Positions 22,976-34,900 of a DNA stretch of 64,000 nucleotides are shown here, one piece after another. Origin of the DNA: Macrostomum hystrix. Lineage: Eukaryota > Animalia > Platyhelminthes. The stretch spans positions 8,494,001 through 8,558,000 of the forward strand of contig CATNEN010000039.1 of assembly GCA_950097015.1 (NCBI GenBank), read 5' to 3'. The notes under the pieces are model-generated. The model saw nothing but the letters and a program-made list of their open reading frames with translations, did no database searches and was not told the origin of the DNA. Within the stretch, counting starts at the first letter, position 1. Each line of letters starts with the position of its first letter. A program made the translations under genes and the position numbers.

Positions 22976-25900
22976 TCACTCAATCGCTGGAGCTTGGCCC
23001 TCATCGCTTGAAATTGAATATTTTTCACGACCCCCCTCTTGGTTTCTGGCTGACCGAACGAAAAGCGCAGAGCGCAGTGACATCTCCAGCCTCTGGTCCA
23101 TCAGGTCTTCGCATTCCGCCCTGCTGGCCAGCGACACTAGAACGTCGTTTACCTGGCGAGCTGCGTCTAGAATAGGGCATGGGAGAGTAAGAAGTACCTT
23201 GTAATAACTTTTTCGGCCCCACTTCGCTGATTGGTCGTTGGGTGGTCGACAGAGGTTGGGTGGAGACGTGGCTGGGGTTGGTGTGGTAGGGTGGGGTTTG
23301 TTTGGCTTGAATGTGGTATGAGGGGTTGGTGTGCAGGGTTTGGATCGGGTATGAGGGGTTGGTGTGCAGGGTTTGGATCGGGTATGAGGGGTTGGTGTGC
23401 AGGGTTTGGATCGGGTATGAGGGGTTAGTGTGCAGGTTTGGATCAGGTATGAGGGGTTGGTGTGCAGGTTTGGATCGGGTATGAGGGGTTGGTGTGCAGG
23501 GTTTGGATCGGGTATGAGGGTTGTTGTGCAGGGTTTGGATCGGGTATGAGGGGTTGGTGTGCAGGGTTTGGATCGGGTATGAGGGGTTAGTGTGCAGGTT
23601 TGGATCAGGTATGAGGGGTTGGTGTGCAGGTTTGGATCGGGTATGAGGGGTTGGTGTGCAGGGTTTGGATCAGGTATGAGGGGTTGGTGTGCAGGGTTTG
23701 GATCAGGTATGAGGGGTTGGTGTGCAGGGTTTGGATCAGGTATGAGGGGTTGGTGTGCAGGGTTTGGATCGGGTATTAGGGCTTAGTGTGCAGGTTTGGA
23801 TCAGGTATGAGGGGTTGTTGTGCAGGGTTTGGATCAGGCATGAGGGGTTGTTGTGCAGGGTTTAAATCGGGTATGAGGAGTTGGTGTGCAGTTTTGTTGA
23901 CAAAGTCTTACCAGCACTATCAGCATCAGCCAAGTATTCCTGCTCAGCGTCCTTGCGCACCAGGGACTTGAACAGCTGAACGATGCTGTCTAAAGTCTGG
24001 AAATCTTCCTCACTCGCCGCCTGGTCAGCCACTCCATCGGAATAGCTTTCGTTCAGCAGGGCAACGAAAATACTCACCGCGATAAAAATGATGGTCAGTG
24101 TGTAGCCAAACAGCAAGAAATTGGCCAAAATGTTCTGGCTGTTCTTGAAGTTCATGCTCAGCTTGCCAAGCATCACAATCAGCTGGGTGAAGGTTGTATC
24201 CTTCACCGACTTGTAGGCCGCTTCTGTGGTACACAGAACCAAATAGCAGCTGAAGCAAAAAGCGAAGAACAGAACCAGAAATGCCCAAAAAAACGAGGTG
24301 AACTTTGAAACTGAGTTCCGCAGCGTCCTGCCCAGGTGGGCCAAACTGCGCGAATACCTGACCAAATTGAGAAAGCTGATCTCCATGAGGAACATCGCCA
24401 CACCCAGACAATAGTAGAAAGATTCATCCAGAAACATGACGGCCGTGAGACCGTCCGTGACACCCGTGTAGGAGTTCAGCACCTGCTCCAGAGCCGTCAC
24501 CGTCACGAAGCTTCTAGCCAGCAGGAAACTCAAGCCAGCAATCATTGCGACTGCAGTGCCCAGGTGAATCAGGTGCCATACGTTCGACAGAAAACACCGC
24601 GTGCCCTCGAGTCTCCAGCTGTGAATCTGCTTGGCGAGAAGTAGCAGAGTACTGATTGCGGTGAGAGTCTCAGCGCACAGGCGAAACACACCTCCAGCTC
24701 CTATGTAGCGATACAGACGGCTCGAATGCAGGTACACCGAGTTGACGGCGCCGCCGAATGGCAGCAGCTCGATCAGAACCGTCACCGAGGTGAAAAAGTT
24801 CGAATCGGGATAAAAGAGATTCGCCTCCACCAGTAGAGCTCGAGACAAATTCGTGAGCCACTGAAAGTCTCTGGCAGCTGAAACCGCATCCAAGGCTTGA
24901 GTGATATTGTTTGGCAGAGCTAGAATATACCCATGCCCAGAGTAGCGATTGTGGCGACCCCAGGTGGGCCAGCGAGACACTTGCGATGCCCGAAATGCAG
25001 TTACTAACGGATCTCTACTGAAATTGCACGTCTTGTCGAGTTCCCAACGGACACTGTAGCAGCGTTTGTCCTCTGATTCAGAGGCATAATCAGCTGATTC
25101 GGCTTGGCCATCCCTACGAAACTCTGGCCTGATCCTCAACTGACGCACAGTCACGTGACCCAGTCGAAATCCTGTCCTGTCAGCGATAAACTTCAGCTGC
25201 TCTGGTGTCAGTGGCCCGCCATTTTCAGCCTTGGTTGGAAAGAATACTGGCAATGCTAGGTTCTGCAGCCAGCCGTACACATCGTGAAACTTTTTCACCT
25301 GAAATGATTGACTTGAGTGCGTTAGTAATGAGCGATTTTCAATAAGCAAAAGTTTGCAGGCTTACATTATCCAAGTTGTATCGCGGCATTGACCTATTTT
25401 CACTTAACATCCTTCGCAGATTTTGATTTAGATAAAACGGTTCGGAGTCCATCGACCCGAAGCAAACGCAGTACAGAAGAAATATGTAGACGACACTCAG
25501 AACGATCTCGATCAGAGCGAATTTCGCCTTCATCTTGGTCTGGTTGGATGACTCCATTTGCTGAACTACCGATAGGTTCATGAACCGCTCTGGAATGATT
25601 TGACTTAAATTTTAACCTAAATTCTAACGTTTCAAAGCCACTTCAGTGTTGCAAAATCTACCTTGGGAGTCGACTATTTGCCTAACTCGAATGCTCGAAG
25701 CGTCCAGCAAGTCGTAATCCTTTTTAAGAAACACGGCCATAACAATCCCGATCAGCAGAACTTTGAGGGGCTGAATGAAGACGACCGTTTCAATGAAGGA
25801 GAGAAAGAAGGCCATCAGCCAGGCCTCAGACTTTTCTGTACCCCAGTCCATGGCATAGAAGACAATAAAGATACCAGCAGTGGCCACACTTAGAAACAGC

Positions 25901-28900
25901 AGTAGCCAGCCAATGTACCGGCACCAGTGGGGCAGCTGCCACGAAGATGGCGGCGCCTCAAAGCTGGCGTCGTCCTCGCACGACGGCGCATCGGTGGCGA
26001 AAACTCGACGATTCCGCTGTCCACTTGGCTTCATCGCTTCCAGCTTGACTTTGTCAGCTAGCTCTGCCTCCGATGCCGAATTTTTTCTGGACTTTAAAAA
26101 TAGCAAAACAGTTGCCAGGGAAACAGGCATGATAGTCAGGCTGCCCAAGATTGATGTTATCAGAGTTCCATATGATATCTTGAAGGGTCCGATTGAGAAC
26201 ATCTCCGTGGATTTTTCGGCGACTTTGTACCTAAAAAGACAATAATAAAATGCATTGCAACTGCGCCAAGCATACATAACTGGCACGTGTACTCGCATGT
26301 ATGACTCACCACATAGCATTGGCAATCATGGTCATGAACAGCAGATTCCAGCAGACTGCAAACCGCTCAAGCCGGCTAAAATTGGATTCAGTCTTCCTGG
26401 TAGCGATTGACAGCCAGGTGTGATCGTCCTGCATCTTCCTGGTCAGATGGTTTCGTGTCAGGTTCTTCGTATATCGCATGTCATTGGCCGAGGCGCATTT
26501 GATGACCACATCCTCGTCTGTGGGAACTGCATTCTCCCAGATGAAAATGTACCTCCGGTTCTTCGTGCAGTCCGTGACGATAACTCTACTGAGGTTCCAG
26601 CAGCCGGTTCCACTCTCAGTGTCCTCGTAGGACAGGCTGATCGACCTAATATCCCCTAGGTGCTCCTTAGTCGTGAATGACAGGTTGTCAACACTTCCAG
26701 GAGTGAAGTTCTGAAAAATTTGTCTTTTCTGTTATCAAATGTTACTGATAAATTTTATTTATAAGCTGGTAAAGAAAAAGCAAAGCTTTTCAGTCTTACC
26801 TCGCGACACCCATCTCGCAGGTTCCTAACTCTCTCGGCGGCACTTAGTCCTCTCAGCGTGAGAAACAAGTTGGTCGGCACCTGACTATCACTGGAGCCTG
26901 TGAACACTTGAATCCGGTACTGCCAAGCGTCTTTCTTGTCGTCGACTAGTGGCAGATAATCAAACTGCAGAGTTGAAGGAAGGCAAAAATTACTCTAAGC
27001 AACGTGCAACGTGCGTTTGTAAAACGTTTCACTGGATTATCTACCCGATAGCCGTCCTGCTTGTCAAGCCTTCGCAGCAGCAGCGCAATGGGAAGGAACA
27101 GCAACCAAAGCGTGGCCACCACTGCAACTACTGCCCTGCTGTCAGCCAGCTTGCCGCTCCAGTTTTCAAACAGAGTGCCAAAGTCGATGGTGTTCGGCAC
27201 GAAGGACACTCCAGCACCCAGACTGCCAAACAGGTTGACGCTGAAGGGCGCCCTGCTTGCTGTTGACTCGTCTGCTGGCTGTTGAAAGCAATAATTGGAA
27301 TTAAATCCACAAAAAAAATCACGAAAATATGGAGAGTGCTTCGTTTTACGAATTTCACCAGCAAGATTTTCAGAAATCGTCACTACCCAGCGCTTAGGCG
27401 TGAGATTTTTACCTGACATTCTGTAGCGCTCAGTCGAAGCCACGAGTCCCTGCTGTGGTTCCAGATGTAGCAGTTTTGAAGCAGGATAGCAAACTTGTAT
27501 GCCAGAGTGTAGTGTGTGCAGTTGCCTCTGCCACTGTCCTCCCTACTGCAGCCCGGCCGTCTCACTCCAATGAAGACAGTCTGGTTCAGTAGGAAACTTT
27601 CGGCAGGAAGTAGAAATCCGGAGTCGCCACTGCCGTTGTTAACGGCACGCGGCACCGCGAACTGAATCGTGAAGTTGGCTGGATCCGGCTTCGTATCAGC
27701 CGCCACCAACACCTCAAGCTGAATTCCATGGGCCGGTAGAATGAACAGCTGGACTGACTCGCCGGTCCAAACGAAACTGTGGTACAGCATAAGCCATCGA
27801 TCAATAGGCGTTGCATTGACGGTCAGAAAATTCAGTGGCCCAGTATTGAGCATCATAAAATACTCCTTGCCAGCTGCCACGGATCTCTTTACACGCTGAG
27901 CCGAGCAGTTAGTAGCCCAGTTGCTCAACACGGACGTTGAAACTAGAGCTGAACTGTCGTCCCAGTGGTAGGGATTGTCTTTGGATAGAAGAAGCCGCAC
28001 GGAACAGCCAGTGCTGCCGGGTGCTGACAATCTCGGCATTGTGACGGATCCCTGCGAGCTGGACATTGTTCTCTGGCTGGCCGAGTTTAGGTCAAGTGAT
28101 GGCTCTAATATGCCAAAGTAGGCGTAATTTGGCCGCGTGATGGAGAACTGGGTACTGGATCGAAGCAGCAGTTGGCCGAGCGAGTCGAATGTCGACATGA
28201 TTGCGTTCATTGTGATGCGCACGCTGTCCTTCGTGATGGCAGATTGAGCCAGCTCCTGAGCCGTGCAGTTTCTCTTACACAACATGGACACTGATGTTTG
28301 CGTGGCGTTCCACACTGCCACGCCGCAGTCCATCATCTTCGTGGAGACCGAAAGCTGCTGATCAGCTGGCGTTTCACCTTGAAAGCGCCACATGCCCTCT
28401 ACCATTGCTGTGAGCTTCTGCTGGGCCATTCTCTGAATGACGGAACAATAAAGTCAAAGAATACAGCGTAATTGCGCTAGTATATAAAAAAAATAAAATC
28501 ACTTCCATTAACACAATATTCCCTTCTATTAGACCAATTTTTTTTAAAAAGATTACTGCTCATAGACCCTTAAATCCATTGCCCGAGAGCCATTCAGACC
28601 ATCGCATACTGTTTCTTAATGGGGCTGAGCTTGTACTTTTTGAATTATAGTACTCAATATAATCCAGGATTGTGATGTTATACACACGGCCAATTACGTT
28701 GCAATTCATACTAGCACGTCAAAGTTTTTTGCTCGTACTCCTATTTGGTCTGGAACAGAATGAACAGGACTTCTTTGAATAATTACCTATTGTCACATAT
28801 ACTGTACGTCCTTATGATCGCATAAGTACGAGCTCTCAGGTTATCAATCATCGAACAAAAAGAAGAATATGAATATGAATATGCTTAAAATCCTGGCGAT

Positions 28901-31900
28901 TCTCTCACCTGAGCTGTCAGACTGAAGTGGCGCGGTTTGAGAGCGCCGAAAAAGATCAGGCTGGCGAGTCGATCGATGTCCTGAGTGGTGCCAATCGGAA
29001 ACTGGCTCACTGTTTGAATGTATCTATCCCGAAGCTGGAATAGAGGTTTGATTTTTAACTTGCACCACCGGTGGCTGTTGGCTTCTCACTTCTCTCCTGC
29101 TTTAGACAGCAAGTCGGTTACTTAGGCGTTGTTGGCGTTGCTATTGGAAACTGTAATTGTTTTATAGTTGAAAGAACACGCTATTTCCTCCCCCCTGGGG
29201 AAGACCACGAGCGTATTTCAAATACCCACTGCCTACTTCACTGTAGCTCCCAAACCAAATGACCGATTTTCGTGAAAGTCCATCATACGGATGAAAATTT
29301 TCCGTCTAGCTTTCAAAGCTGTCCAGCGTCAGCATCGTCGAGATATTCAGCGATTTTTGTTCGAAGACCCTGGTGACAAGTACAACTAACATTGCTTATT
29401 ATAAACCTCGATGGCGAATCCATACTGGTTAAAAAGAGTATAAAAATTAACGATTGCCTGTGTCTATAAATGCAGAAAAATTATGCCGATATTGGTAGTT
29501 ATTGTCACCAGACACGAGAATCCTTGACTATCTCAACGATGCTGATGTTTTGTGTTTCTGGAGTATTTTCATCTGATAAAGCAGAATTTTTTTTGCTTTT
29601 GTTCTGGATCTTTATGACTATTGGTTAAATATGTTTAGAGATACAGAAAAAATAAAAATGTGGTTATCTGAAATACCCCCGTGGTATTTCTGCTGTCAAG
29701 GGAAATAATTGCTGAAACCTTGCTGATAAGGATCCCTGATCAATGCAATGTGCCACATTGGTTCAGTTCATCAAGCTGTAAGATTTGTACCACTATCTGC
29801 TGAAATAGAAATTCAGATGGAGTGGTGACCCCAGTCAATGGACTTGACGGCACATGGTTGTAGTAGCCTTTGGATGCTTTGAAGTCTCAATTTGTTCCCG
29901 AATTCTTCCAGTCACTCGTTACCTTGGTCATGTTGGCGATGAAGGCCAGCTTTTTCTCTGGACTTGCTCCGAGCCCTTCGCCGTCCTCGTTCCAAGCGTT
30001 CATCATGCCTGCCACAGTAAGCAGGCTAGTGGTGGCTCGCTGGTAATTGCCGGCGTCCAGCTGCTGCGCGAGAGCGCTGTTGTTGCCCCACAAGATGAGG
30101 GTCAGTTCGCGAGTGAGCACCTCGGCCAGGTAGGTTGAAATGTAACTCTGCGAAACAGAGAACATAACTATTAAGAGTTTTGTTCGGATCAAAACGAAGG
30201 CAAATAAAATTTGAACTGGTAAAATCGACGTACCGCTATAGGCACAATCATCTCCGTCTTCTCGCCTGTGGCGTCAGTGACTGTGAAGATAATGTCCGCC
30301 GAGAAATCTTTCAACGGCTCCCCGAGAGGCACGGACATAGTCTCGCTGCAGGTGTTGGTGCTGTCCAGGAGAGTGGCCCTCTGACCCATGTCGCTGCGAT
30401 AAAACTCGACCTTGTATTTCAGTGGGCCCAGCGAAATATTACCGAATTCGCGCCAATTTATGCAACGAAACTCATGAATCGTCTTTCCAGTCTCTCCTGT
30501 TGTACGGAAATTTATTTTTGCAGAAATTTAATTTTTGTCACATAAAACTTGCGATAAGTACTTGAACGATTTTTTGTAATGGTTCCTAAGATTCATAGAG
30601 TTTTTGGACTCAGAGAGCTCGTATTTTGAAGTCCAGTTTGAAAATGCATAAATTTACTCACCAACACTTGGAGTAACAGAGCAGGTACCGCCAACCGGTG
30701 GGCCGTTTACGATAACAGCTTGCGTTATTGTAAAGCCGCTATCACTATGAGCTTTTAAATTGTACATTTGCCCGACAACTCGGTAGAAGGTTCCAGGTTC
30801 AACGGTAGAAGCTGGAATCGTCACTTGTCCTCGACCTGACGAACCAAATGGAGAGCTCAGTGCCGAGCCGCTCCCGTTGACCAGCGTGATTGTCAAATCG
30901 ACGGTCAGAGAACTGAATTTGTTTCCGCAGTTGATGTCGCAAATAAGCTCGAAAGTGAACGCACGATTGGCACGCGCCTTTAGGCCACAGTTCTCAACGC
31001 ATTGAAGTCGACCCACTGGATTTGCCTGACTGCAAACGGTAATTAACTTTCTCTGAACCACCTGTCGACTATCCTTCTTCAGACGCATTTCAAGTTCGTA
31101 GGTTTTATTCGGGAACATGTGATAAGAGTTAAAAATAAATGTTGCGGCGATTGACTGGTTGCCTACCAAAACTACACCAGGGCCATTGCCAAAGCATCCT
31201 GAGAGAGCGGTCAAAGCTCTCACCTCAAGCTCTGTTGGGACCACAATGAACTTTTCCGATCCAGTCTCTCCGATTCGCATACAAGTCCATTCGAATATCA
31301 TTCCTGTATAGTTGCCTTCATATTCATCCAAGTCCCTGGCTGACACGGCCAATGAGACTGTTTCATTGTATGCTATTATTTCGGGTCCCAGGATCGGCCC
31401 AAGATCCAAAGGAGTCTTTGTAACATTTACTAGAAACCATTCTGTCGTGACCTGTGGTGGCCTAACTGCAAGATCCACAGTTAAAGATACATTGCATATA
31501 CCGTATGGTAGACTTCTTTTTACTATGGAGCATCGATCATCGTCATGAGAACAGATTGGTATGGACAGACCGTTGTGAGACACTTGCCATCGCCGTGTAA
31601 TATTCATAGGCTTTGTGCAGTTGATATCCTTTTCACTAGTCACATTGACATCTTCCGATCTCATCACTTGCATAACACTGTCTGACAGCAGCAGGTTCAT
31701 TGGCGGGTTCACCGCAAAGAGATTCACTACGGGCTTGAAGCACGGCCAGTCTATCACTGTAGCAATCAGTGTTGCAGTGTCATTGCTCACTTGATTAAAG
31801 GCGTCAATAGTTACAACGTAGTTCCCGTAGGTCGGGAAAATTCGACTCCATCGCAAGCTAATGTTAGATTGGCTTATCTCGGTAAATGTGAAACCAGAAG

Positions 31901-34900
31901 CGTTGGCAACAGAACGGCAGCCAATATGACCGAACATCTTTCCGGGAGAAGAATCGTTGTATCTGACTGAAATGCAGCTTTCTGCTCCTATGCGCTTCAT
32001 TTTTAGATGAAATTCAGTGGGAAATTTGTCCCAGACAGTTCCATTGGTGCTAAAGTTGGCTATGATCACTGTGTCCAGTTCAATATGAATGGATAAGTTC
32101 TTGATAATATCGATAGTCGTTAATGGATTTCTGCACTTCATGAAAATTGTCCTAAATCCAACGGACGCTCTCGGAAACGCAAAGGAAACTGTAACATTAG
32201 TTTCTGCCGTCAAAGAAGGAGAGAAAATTCGCCTCGAGCCGAAGCTTGAGAACTCAAAGTCACAAAGCACTAGGCTGCTTGTTGTGTTCGGCAAGTTGCT
32301 GTAAAAAAAGTTGGCAACACCCGGCAAATACAGAATGTGACTGTCATACTTCACTTCAAGCTCCTTGAGTTCATCCACAACAACCACCACAATGTGGGAA
32401 AGTTGCCAGCTTACTTCGTTTGATGCGTTCACCACGACTGTGTAATTGCCAACAAAGTCAAACACATGAAAAACGGTCGCATTTGCTTGCCTAGCAAAGA
32501 CGGAAGCGGATGCTAAATTGGCGGCTTCAGAAGCATCTCCAAATTCGAAACTGTAAGCTACGTTAGTTCCATTCTGCAGTGCCGCCTCAATGCTGATGTT
32601 AGTTCCCGGAGAAATGACATATTTGCTAGCTGATATGGCCAGACCTGCAATGACTTCTATGCACGTGACAAAATTGCTGGTCACCGCAGCTGAGACCAGA
32701 TTCCAGCACTTGACTGTGACAGCACTCTTCACGGCCAGGGCTTCCCGTTTGCAGCTCAGCGACTGAGTTAGCAAGCCGTTTGAGAATGCCGCTGGTTGAA
32801 GCCTCCAGTCAGAAAGGAATGTAGTGTTGCAAGTTACATTCGTTGGCACATTTGAGCCATTGTAACTTAGCCTCAGGCTAAAAATACCTGGCGGATATGC
32901 CACGAATTGATTAACTGAGAGTTTCAGTCCCAGAATTGGATTCTGCGCGATTATTCCGTTTATCTGCACTGTCTCTGCATTTCTAGGACTTTTGGCACTT
33001 ATAATCAGATCGAAAATTCCAGGCTTGTTAAATGTGTAAGGAACTGGCAGTACTTGCCAGAAGGAAACAGGTTCAGGATGAACTTTGGAAACATTGTTGC
33101 CACCTGAGCTCCAAAGGTAATACGTCACATCAGTGCCATTCGTCACATTCAGCAACACATTCGTCGGAGTTAAGGTTGCCCAAGCACCGTTTGTTACTCT
33201 AGCACTGAGGCCGTAGATGTCTGTCGGAGTGTAAAGACGAACTTCAAAAGTGTTTGTCGCAGTGCCCAGTGCATTTGCACATGAGAGAGTTGACGTCACC
33301 ACTGACTTTGCTGGACTGTATAGAAAAGTAAAGTTCACTTTTTCCCCGAAAGGAACTTTTAGCTTTACAAATTTATGCACTACATTAGGATACAAATTGA
33401 ATGTACAGTCGAATAGCAAGTACGAGCCGGCACTTCCAAAAGTCATCTCCAGAGTGTAGGTCACCTCCAATGGTGCGAAAAGTCTTTCGTAACTGATGCC
33501 AGCATTCAGTGCAGAGCTCGGAGCTGGGTTCACGAGCACAATTTCTGTCTTGTTGAAGCTAGTAAAATTGTTGCGACATACAACGTTTATATTGTGCTCT
33601 CTGAGGTCCATCTCATAAGGGACCACAAACGTCAGAGTCTTTTGATGAAAGTCTGTCGCATTGTCGTTATCCAGCCAGTGCCACCTGTAAGTAGTGCTGT
33701 TCCAATCTGGATCCACAAAAACTTCAATAAACGTGCCGTTGTTCCACTTCACAGTGATGATCAAGTTGGCTGGATATTTCACAGGATTCTGACTCAACTG
33801 TACTGCGGCTCCATGTATAGGTATGCCTAGAAACAATATAGGAAATCATAATTTTGGGCTGTGCGGTTTTGAAAATAAAATTAACATCATAATCTTATCT
33901 TAATCTTAAATAATCTTATCAATGAAGTATTCGATCATACCGTATTTACGACAGAGAACGGCCTATTTGTATTGAAGGACCCTAGAAACAGATAAATCGA
34001 TATCTTAATAGCTTGCCTTGACACGCGAATCGTTTTGCGACACCGAAGCAGAAAGTTTTGTTGGCTAAGCTGGTATCGGTGAAGCTGGGCATGATCCAGT
34101 TAGTCATTTCAATGCAAATCGTGTCGAACTTGCCGCACTGATCAAACGAAATCTGAAACAATGCGCTGCAGGAAATCACAGCTGTTGCCAATTGCAGAAG
34201 GCCCCGTCGTGAGCTGTCGGTGCAATCCACCTTGCCAGGTAGAACATCAGGTGTACTCGTAGATGATGTCAGTTTAACGAATGGAAAGAAATTTCTTTGC
34301 GGAGAGTTTACAGGGTCGATCGGGGAGCCGCCGGTGTGGCGTACATTCACGCTGAGGCTGAGGTTGTGCGGATAAATTGGAACCCACGGGTTTTGAGGAT
34401 CCACTTCAGAGCTGACGCTGTCAACAGCAAACTGGGAGACTAAAATGAGTTTTTTAAAATAGATTTCTCTGTTAAGAATTTTTTCTGCATTTCTAGATTA
34501 AATACTAGATCATGTTCCACTCACATATTTCGCAGTATGTGTCCACCGAATGGCAAGCGATGCTATTGTTCAGATAAATTTCGGAATAGCTAGAATTAAC
34601 AGGATTGTAAAACACGATGCAAAACAAAGCCGTGTAGTTGCACTGAGTCTGATTCAGCTCAAACGGCAAGGACCAGACTGTCAGGTTGATAAACTCTCCA
34701 GTCGAGTATGAACGCTTAAAAATAGACGGATCATGGACTTGCAGCACTTGTCTGTACTGAGTAGCGTCATCGAGACTTCTCCTAACGGCTGAGTCGCTGC
34801 CGTTGTTTTCAAAATTATCGCTTGTCACGTGCAGGACTGCCTGAAAGTTGTCATCTTGATCTTCTGCAACAACCATGGGATATTCCATGAAGTTCACTCT

